Part shown: positions 40,900 to 47,868 of the stretch, piece by piece
How positions within the stretch are numbered: position 1 is the first letter of the stretch
Layout: each line of letters begins with the position of its first letter
NCBI GenBank assembly: GCA_963667035.1
Contig: OY762964.1
Coordinates: 2,912,001-2,976,000, forward strand
Source of the DNA: Candidatus Cloacimonadales bacterium
GTDB taxonomy: Bacteria; Cloacimonadota; Cloacimonadia; Cloacimonadales; JAFGVF01
DNA length: 64,000 nucleotides
Reading direction: 5' to 3'
Notes under the pieces: model-generated
Told to the model about the DNA's origin: nothing
Databases searched by the model: none
What the model saw: the letters and a program-made list of their open reading frames with translations, nothing else
Program-made: the position numbers and the translations under genes

Positions 40900-42108
40900 T
40901 CACACAAACATCCTTTGCAACAACCCTTTCTTAAACTGCTGTGATTCCTCTATCTCATTACTCAACTTCTCTATCTCTTTATCTATTGAGTTTAGGAAGT
41001 CTGCTATTTTCTTTTGCTCGTCCAGTTGGGGAACTGATACTTTTATTCTTTCAATTGTAGTTTTTGATAAGCTTGGTACTCCGGATGCTTCATTATAATG
41101 TCTCCAATTCACTTGTTGAAAGAGAATGAAAACAAATATTGGTAGAATTCTGTTAAAATCATATGTATAAAACAATGTGTCTACCGTCCAAAATTTCCCT
41201 TTTAGATATATAGGCTTATCAATTGTACCTTTTCTTCCTATGCAAACACTCTCTCCATCATAGAGGTAACTATTAACAGAGGTCATATAACCTCCTGTTC
41301 CAAAGACAGGAATATTCCCACAATCCAAGTGTCTGTAATCTCTTCCATTACCAATTTTCAATACCTCCCCCAATCTCTTCTCCTCCCAGTCAGGGAAATC
41401 ATTACCATTATCATCTTTAAAACGCAGAGTAGGGGGGATGAATCTTAATTTCTTGCTCTTCGTAGTCTTCGTGAGGGAGGATTCCTTTTCATCATCAACG
41501 AAGTGTCCATCAAACAGCTTCTGCATTACTCCTTTCTTATAAAGCTCCATCTCCTCTCGCTTCTTCTGGAGTATCTCAATTCTTCTATCAACTGCTGTCA
41601 GGAAGTTCGCTATTTTGTTTTGCTCGGGGGGAGAGGTTGTATTAACCGAAATCTTTTCGAATTGTGTCTTGTTAATAATTGGCACTGCTTGCTCACCAGC
41701 TAATATCTTAATTCTTTTGGCAATTCTTAGTAACTGATAATAGAGGAATTCATTATTGACATTTACTGGATTAATGGAGTTGATTTGCTGATTTGTAGCT
41801 AATTTGTCACCTGCAATAGCAACCTTTCCAATTGTTGATCCAATACACACAAATAATACACTACCTCTTGAAATTTTCCTAGTTTTTTCAAAACCTTGCA
41901 CAGTCAAAGTTTTGGAAGTAGTGTAAACATATTTGTTATCCTTTAAATCAAAGGGAGATACAAACATATACTCTCCATCATACAAGCTCTTATCTGAAGT
42001 AGAGGGGGTGTTACCAGTTATTACTTTTCCAAGAGTAGAAATCCTATTCTCCTTCCACTCCCCCTCAAACTCAGGGAATCTCAATTGTGGTATCAGTTTA
42101 TCTTTCAT
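40900..42108 (-). CDS. hsdS: Type I R-M specificity subunit with two target recognition domains
   Basis: IPQLRFPEF..EW, PPEQNKIANFL, KKGVMQKLF, LRFKDDNG.DFPDWEEK, EQKKIADFL and KKGLLQRMFV; start MKDKLIP overlaps the end of hsdM. Confidence 0.93.
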   Translation of the reverse strand: MKDKLIPQLRFPEFEGEWKENRISTLGKVITGNTPSTSDKSLYDGEYMFVSPFDLKDNKYVYTTSKTLTVQGFEKTRKISRGSVLFVCIGSTIGKVAIAGDKLATNQQINSINPVNVNNEFLYYQLLRIAKRIKILAGEQAVPIINKTQFEKISVNTTSPPEQNKIANFLTAVDRRIEILQKKREEMELYKKGVMQKLFDGHFVDDEKESSLTKTTKSKKLRFIPPTLRFKDDNGNDFPDWEEKRLGEVLKIGNGRDYRHLDCGNIPVFGTGGYMTSVNSYLYDGESVCIGRKGTIDKPIYLKGKFWTVDTLFYTYDFNRILPIFVFILFQQVNWRHYNEASGVPSLSKTTIERIKVSVPQLDEQKKIADFLNSIDKEIEKLSNEIEESQQFKKGLLQRMFV

Positions 42109-43777
42109 CACTATTAACCTTGAAAGGGGGAGTAATCCCAAGCTCTTTACAGAATCCGGCAATCTCACTGTTTACATCAACAAGCTCATCTTCGATAGCA
42201 ACAATGCGTTTTGAGACTTCCGCTATATCAATCTCCTCCTCCTCTTCGAAGGTGTCTACATAGCGGGGGATATTGAGGTTATAATCGTTCTCGGCAATCT
42301 CTTCCAAAGTCGCAATATAGGAGTATTTATCCTTTGTTTCTCTTTTTCTATAGGTTTCAACAATCCCATCAACATCACTATCGCGCAGTTCGTTTTGGTT
42401 TCCGCTCTTAATGTAATGCTCGTCACCACTGGCATCGATAAAGACTATATTATCATCAACTTCTCTGCATTTCTTAAAGACAAGAATACAGGTCGGGATA
42501 CTTGTACCGTAGAAAATATTAGCCGGTAGTCCAATCACTGCATCAAGGTAGTTAAGTTCTTTAATCAAATACTTGCGGATAACACCCTCCGCAGCCCCTC
42601 TAAAGAGGACTCCATGCGGAACAACAGTTGCCATAATACCGTTATCGGCTAGCTGATGTATCATGTGCAGGATAAAAGCATAATCGGCTTTTGTCTTTGG
42701 TGCCAGCCGACCGTACTGACTAAAGCGTTCATCAGTATCATTGAGTGGATTATCACTACTTTTCCAATGTGCAGAAAAGGGTGGATTAGCAACCACAGCT
42801 TCAAAGCGTTTGTCTAAATGTTGCGGATTCTCAAGCGTGTCTTCCTGCTGAATATCAAACTTTCTGTAATGCACATCGTGCAAAATCATATTCATTCGTG
42901 CTAAGTTGTAGGTTGTACGATTCAGCTCTTGTCCGTAAAACTCGCTAACATCTTGAACTTCTCGAGCTACACGCAACAGCAATGACCCCGAACCACAAGT
43001 CGGATCATAAACCGATTTCAATTTAGTCTTTCCGGTAGTAACAATCTTAGCTAATATCTTAGAAACCTGCTGAGGAGTATAAAACTCACCGGCAGATTTA
43101 CCTGCCCCGGCGGCGAACTTAGCTATAAGGTATTCGTAAGCATCACCAAGTACATCAGCATCTATATCATCAAGCTTGAAATCTATCTTATCAAGTTTAT
43201 TCAGAATCTGCACAACAATACTGTTACGAGCTCCAACTGTACGTCCAAGCTTAGTTGATTGCAAATCTAGGTCTTCGAAGAGAGCATTGAAATCCTCTTC
43301 GGATTCGGTACCCATAGTGCTTTGCTCAATATGATTCATCACTGCTTGGAGGTCTTCAATAATATAGTTATCCTCATCCTCTTTATCAGAGTTACCCTTT
43401 GCAGCAATAACTGAGAACAGCTCTTCAGGTTTGAGGAAATAACCAAGCTTCTGGAGCGATTCATCCCTAATCGCATCCAAAATCTCCTCATAATCCCCAC
43501 CGGGTACGCTTACTGGGTCCGCGAGCTTCCAGCTCGCACTCCGACTACCGGGTTGGCGGACATCCTTGTCCGCACCTCTTCTAATATCTTTGTAATCAGT
43601 AACCTCTTCACCTTCCAATAGCTCGTTAGCATAAAGATATTGCTTTTCACTCAGGTATTTATAAAAGATGAACCCGAGAATATAGTCTCGGTAGTCATCA
43701 GCATTGACTTTTCCCCTTAAGATATTAGCTATATCCCAGAGCTGTTTTTCCAGTAGTTTCTTTTGGTCTTCAGACAT
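42098..43777 (-). CDS. hsdM: Type I R-M methyltransferase subunit (m6A), with an in-frame 25-aa REP-derived insertion
   Basis: LW.IAN.LRG, GDAYEYLI, GEFYTP, YDPTCGSGSLL, NPPF, PHGVLFRG and NLNIPRYVD. Confidence 0.95.
   Translation of the reverse strand: MSEDQKKLLEKQLWDIANILRGKVNADDYRDYILGFIFYKYLSEKQYLYANELLEGEEVTDYKDIRRGADKDVRQPGSRSASWKLADPVSVPGGDYEEILDAIRDESLQKLGYFLKPEELFSVIAAKGNSDKEDEDNYIIEDLQAVMNHIEQSTMGTESEEDFNALFEDLDLQSTKLGRTVGARNSIVVQILNKLDKIDFKLDDIDADVLGDAYEYLIAKFAAGAGKSAGEFYTPQQVSKILAKIVTTGKTKLKSVYDPTCGSGSLLLRVAREVQDVSEFYGQELNRTTYNLARMNMILHDVHYRKFDIQQEDTLENPQHLDKRFEAVVANPPFSAHWKSSDNPLNDTDERFSQYGRLAPKTKADYAFILHMIHQLADNGIMATVVPHGVLFRGAAEGVIRKYLIKELNYLDAVIGLPANIFYGTSIPTCILVFKKCREVDDNIVFIDASGDEHYIKSGNQNELRDSDVDGIVETYRKRETKDKYSYIATLEEIAENDYNLNIPRYVDTFEEEEEIDIAEVSKRIVAIEDELVDVNSEIAGFCKELGITPPFKVNSDER
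43499..43573. repeat. REP cluster, copy C, in frame inside hsdM
   Basis: ACCGGGTACGCTT / CTGGGTCC-GCGAGC-TTCCA-GCTCGC / CCGGGTTG-GCGGAC-ATCCTT-GTCCGC; 75 bp = 25 codons. Confidence 0.88.
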
Positions 43778-43809
43778 CTATGTAAATTCCTTCTGTTGTT
43801 TTTATAATT

Positions 43810-43938
43810 ACCGGGCACACTGGATACGCGAGCTTCCGGCTCGCACACACAGGTTCCCACCGGCATCTTATCGGGAAGATAGCGAACAGGGATGTTCGCG
43901 TACCCGGTATATGCCAGCAAGATGCTGGCGTACCCAGT
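43810..43938. repeat. REP module, copy D, inverted relative to A/B, immediately upstream of hsdM
   Basis: Matches the reverse complement of copy B unit by unit. Confidence 0.88.
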
Positions 43939-44036
43939 GTGCCAAAACACTTATTATATACTACCATACATCGAATAATTATTCTTTTAGTCAATTAAAC
44001 ATTTTGTGACGATGCACTATTCAGTAAAAATAATAC
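43836..44036. repeat. 201-bp direct repeat, copy 1 (partial REP module plus AT-rich sequence)
   Basis: About 8 mismatches to 45957-46157; constant offset of 2121 bp. Confidence 0.9.
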
Positions 44037-44348
44037 CTAAATTATAAATAACAAGCTGTAGCACGAGTGCCCCACTTGCACATAGCTCTAAGAGCTATGC
44101 TCTTTCTTTTCGGTATCTTATAGCAAGTTAAGTTTAGATTATATCCCCATTAAAACCCAATCCGATTCCCGATTCCCAAAACGAGTTTCTAACGGGGAGC
44201 TAATAATGAGTAAGGAACAGAAATTTGACAGATTAACTCAATTCTTTATTGTGGGGAATATCTTTATGAACTATCTGCTCCCCCTCTATCCCCACGATTA
44301 ACAACCGATTTGAGCCCGGCAATTGGTTGAGCATATCTTGTTAAATTG

Positions 44349-44445
44349 TTGGTAATTAACCCAAGGATTACCCAAGGATTGCCCAAGTGTTTCACAGGTG
44401 TTTCCCAAGAATTAATGCTGAGAGATGAAGGAGCAGTAAAGAAGA
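44349..44445 (-). repeat. 97-bp dispersed 11-mer repeat, copy 2
   Basis: Its reverse complement is 87/97 identical to 995-1091. Confidence 0.9.
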
Positions 44446-44453
44446 CATCAAAC

Positions 44454-45533
44454 TTAATAGAGAGTGGGAGGTAACCCTTTAAAGTATCCAGTTTTGTAAT
44501 TAGCAAGAAAATTCTTTCTAAAAGAGTCGCAGAATATGGGGATAAAGCATAAATCAGCAGTTTTAGCCTTAAGTCCATATTCTGCGACTAACTCAACGGG
44601 GGCCTTGTTACCTCTAGTCCTGATTTTACGAATATGGTTGTAGTAAGTCTGATATATGAAGACTTTACTAATGAAAGATATAATGTCTCTAAACTCTTCA
44701 TAATCATATAATTCTTGTTCTATGGTGTTGTGAAAGCTTTCTACATCACTGTTGAATGTTGGAGATTTTGGAGGTATGCGAACATGAGTTACTCCATGTT
44801 TGTTTAAGATTTCTTCAAAGATTGTGACTCTACTATGAAGAGGTTCAATAAATTCAGTACCGTTATCTGTTTGGAAAGTAATATCATTAGGAGAGCAATG
44901 TAACCCTTTTAGGTATTCAATTACGTAATCCGCAAAAATGGCAGTTGAGAGATCATCTTTATAGTTTGTAAAGCCTAGAAATACCATTCCTGTCTTGTAA
45001 TCTCTGGCAGTAATCTGAAACATAGGTATTGCACCTGACTCATATGCTCTACTCTGTTTAGCAATATCATTTAGGTATTTAACATCGAGCTGAAGTTTCT
45101 GCATAGGCTTATAGTGTGCTCTTACAGCTGACATATCTTTCTTTTTCTTGTATCTTGTTTTTCTTTTCAAAACAAGCTTATGTCTCTTTAATACCTTATG
45201 AACGGTCTTTGCTGAGTAATGCAATTTCAGATTATTTACTATAGTGCGAGCTCCTGGATTGCCACGATCTTTACGTTCTTTGATGATAGCATCTTCAATA
45301 TCTTTTGGCATCTTCAGAGGATGTTTCTGACCAACCCTGGACTTATTCTCGAGACCTGCCTCTCCAAGCTCAAGATACCTATTTCTCCAGAGACGAACAG
45401 TCTTCCTGGTTGTGCCTAACATCCTAGCTGTTTCAGATATGCCATGCTGCATTGAAAGAGTATACATCTGATACCGTAAAAGAGTTCTTGACTTAAATTC
45501 TTTACTGAGTAATCTCATCTCTAAATATGTCAT
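44454..45533 (-). CDS. IS481-like DDE transposase (HTH plus rve integrase core)
   Basis: SETARMLG.TRKTV..W..RY...G..GL...SR HTH; LQLDVKY, QTDNGTEF and NSDVESFH.TI..E; single ORF. Confidence 0.88.
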   Translation of the reverse strand: MTYLEMRLLSKEFKSRTLLRYQMYTLSMQHGISETARMLGTTRKTVRLWRNRYLELGEAGLENKSRVGQKHPLKMPKDIEDAIIKERKDRGNPGARTIVNNLKLHYSAKTVHKVLKRHKLVLKRKTRYKKKKDMSAVRAHYKPMQKLQLDVKYLNDIAKQSRAYESGAIPMFQITARDYKTGMVFLGFTNYKDDLSTAIFADYVIEYLKGLHCSPNDITFQTDNGTEFIEPLHSRVTIFEEILNKHGVTHVRIPPKSPTFNSDVESFHNTIEQELYDYEEFRDIISFISKVFIYQTYYNHIRKIRTRGNKAPVELVAEYGLKAKTADLCFIPIFCDSFRKNFLANYKTGYFKGLPPTLY

Positions 45534-45853
45534 AAGTGTCAGTATATCTAATTCTTAGATTGCTGGCACTCTTTTTTTGTAGGATATATATAATCCAAGT
45601 ATTCAAGGCGAATGTTTCATCCCCTCCATTCGCTAAGCTCATTGCGTGGATGAAACATTTACTCTGCATTTCTCTAGAAATAATCCAATTCATTAAAATA
45701 TTCCTTTAACTGATTAACTGCATTTTTATCAAGTATATAACCCATAAAGACACCGGTCTCTATTGATGATATTATATCATGTAGTTTACGTAGTATTTTT
45801 CTTGGTAAAACTTTGACCTCCCTAGGGTGGATACTTTTAAGGGTGACTCGCCA
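44465..45853 (-). mobile_element. IS481-like insertion sequence (1389 bp) with 26-bp imperfect TIRs and a 15-bp target duplication
   Basis: TG...CA ends; TIRs 44465-44490 and 45828-45853 match 21/26; AAACTTAATAGAGAG at 44450-44464 and 45854-45868. Confidence 0.9.
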
Positions 45854-45956
45854 AAACTTAATAGAGAGTATTCTAAAAAGTGTGTAAATTGATTTATACC
45901 GACTCATATTTTCTTAGCCTTTTAAAGCAAGTCATTAATTCATTTCTTATGATTAA

Positions 45957-46157
45957 CCAGCTCGCACACACTGGTTCCCACCGTCATCTTACCGGGAAGA
46001 TAGCGAACAGGGATGTTCGCGTACCCGGTATATGCCAGCAAGATGCTGGCGTACCCAGTGTACCAAAACACTTACTATATACTACCATACATCAAACAAT
46101 TATTCTTTTAGTCAATTAAACATTTTGTGACGATGCACTATTCAGTAAAAATAATAC
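45957..46157. repeat. 201-bp direct repeat, copy 2 (contains truncated REP module E)
   Basis: Near-identical to 43836-44036; begins inside the loop of a REP hairpin. Confidence 0.9.
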
Positions 46158-46241
46158 TTATTGTGTTCCATCTTACAATGATTGACAATAAAGGTTAAGT
46201 TCATTATTTACCCTTCCTTAATAATATAATTAGGAGAGGCA

Positions 46242-47147
46242 ATGAATCCTGGAATGCTAATAGGGATTGGTTCATATCTGCTTTGGGGTTTACTTCCCCT
46301 TTTCTGGAAACTTCTTGGTGATATATCTGCTTTAGAAGTTCTATCACACAGGATGTTATGGTCATTTGTTTTTTTTCTTTTTCTGATAGTAGCACGTCGG
46401 GATTTTACTGTTATAAACAGAATCAAGAAAGAACCTAAGCAACTATTCTTCTACCTTATCAGTTCCATACTGATATCTTTAAACTGGTTTGTTTATATTT
46501 GGTGCGTAATAAACGGACACGTTGTTGAAGCGAGCTTAGGGTATTTTATAAATCCTCTTATTGCTGTTGCTTTGGGAGTGATATTCTTAAAAGAGAGATT
46601 GCAAATTATGCAACTGGGAGCAATTATATTAGCATTACTAGGAGTTTTATACCTGACTTTTGTTTTCGGAAGTTTACCGTGGAGAGGTTTAATACTTGCT
46701 TTTAGCTTTGGTTTGTACGGCTTGGTTAAGAAAGGTGTTAAGTTACCAAGTATAGAGGGTATGACAGTTGAAACATGTTTCCAATTTGTTCCTGCATTAC
46801 TGTATATCATCTATCTATCCAACAATGGAACCGGTAATTTTGGTGCCGGTAAACCTTATCTATCAATACTGTTTATTATATCAGGTATAGTAACAGGTTT
46901 TCCATTGCTACTATTTTCAATAGCCTCTAAGAAAATAACGTTGAGCCAACTGGGAATACTTCAATATATTTCTCCTACATTACAAATGCTAATTGGAATA
47001 ATTGTTTATCAAGAGCCTTTCCCTTTAAACAAGTTGATAGGATTTTGTTTAATCTGGATTTCGGTGATTCTCTATACTTATGAGGGAGTTAGAAGGTATA
47101 GGCAGAATGGTTTATTTAACAGTAGAAGAAAGAAGTTAAATAGCTGA
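46242..47147 (+). CDS. rarD: EamA/DMT-family transporter RarD
   Basis: LWGLLPLFWK, HRMLWS, NW..YIW, EASLGYFINPL and LQYISPT. Confidence 0.92.
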   Translation: MNPGMLIGIGSYLLWGLLPLFWKLLGDISALEVLSHRMLWSFVFFLFLIVARRDFTVINRIKKEPKQLFFYLISSILISLNWFVYIWCVINGHVVEASLGYFINPLIAVALGVIFLKERLQIMQLGAIILALLGVLYLTFVFGSLPWRGLILAFSFGLYGLVKKGVKLPSIEGMTVETCFQFVPALLYIIYLSNNGTGNFGAGKPYLSILFIISGIVTGFPLLLFSIASKKITLSQLGILQYISPTLQMLIGIIVYQEPFPLNKLIGFCLIWISVILYTYEGVRRYRQNGLFNSRRKKLNS

Positions 47148-47370
47148 AGAAACTTCAAATTTGTTACTAATTAGAACAAAAAGAGTAACAAAATTCTTGA
47201 CAAGTTTAAAGAGGTGTTTATTTTTCAGTTATATTCAAGGGGAATATTAAACATGAAAGTATCCGAGATAGTTAAAACCAAATTACATTACACTATTATT
47301 CCGATATTTCATTAATATATAAATTTTCTTGAAAAGACCTCTCAAGAAGGATCTCCCTAACTACCAAACT

Positions 47371-47398
47371 GGCGGCCGCCCGGCCGCCCTTTTTATTT
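47371..47398 (+). terminator. GC-rich intrinsic terminator
   Basis: GGCGGCCG-CC-CGGCCGCC followed by CTTTTTATTT. Confidence 0.65.
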
Positions 47399-47421
47399 AG
47401 AATGGAAAGAAAGTCAGATAT

Positions 47422-47456
47422 AAAAAAAGAGTCTGCTGTTTTAAAGCAGACTCTTT
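47422..47456 (-). terminator. Intrinsic terminator with the U-run on the minus strand
   Basis: AAAAAAAGAGTCTGCT...AGCAGACTCTTT; no annotated minus-strand gene upstream. Confidence 0.65.
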
Positions 47457-47868
47457 ACTTTTAAGGACTATAAATAAGCTTACAAATCAATAAGCTTTGC
47501 CAATATCTTTACTATTATCAATCTTGGATAGAGAGATATATCAACTCCGAGCCATTGGTAAACAATTCAGGAGGTTAGAGCTAGCTCAGAATGCATTGTT
47601 CGACAGGAATTTCTCTTATCTCTTACCAAACAACTTTTAATATCCCGAAGCATCTATCCGGTTAATACTATCTCTTCTCAACTATGAGATACTCCTACAG
47701 TATAATCACATCATACATAAAGGCAAATGGAATCAGGTAAATAGTGGTGAAAAAGAAATTGACTGTATTATGCAATCCAAATATTTGTAATCCCTTGAAA
47801 TTATTTGATTAAGCTTTCTCTACAGGGGACGGATTCCTGTGGAAGATTATAGAGCAAATGGAGGAATT

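Noticed and set aside
39996..41098. Short plus-strand ORFs over REP modules (39996, 40058, 40698, 40703), and similar ones at 43704-44009 and 45880-46119
   Set aside because: They are open because GC-rich palindromes lack stop codons or because they are antisense to real genes; no protein features.
40900..42108. Classical hsdS shufflon
   Set aside because: Only one hsdS, with no silent TRD cassettes and no site-specific recombinase in the window.
44264..44578. 104-aa minus-strand ORF crossing the IS end
   Set aside because: It spans the transposase end, the TSD and the repeat, so it is a chimeric chance frame.
47700..47868. T-box leader upstream of leuS
   Set aside because: No GGTGG.ACC T-box sequence or terminator/antiterminator pair; only a small hairpin near 47820-47842.
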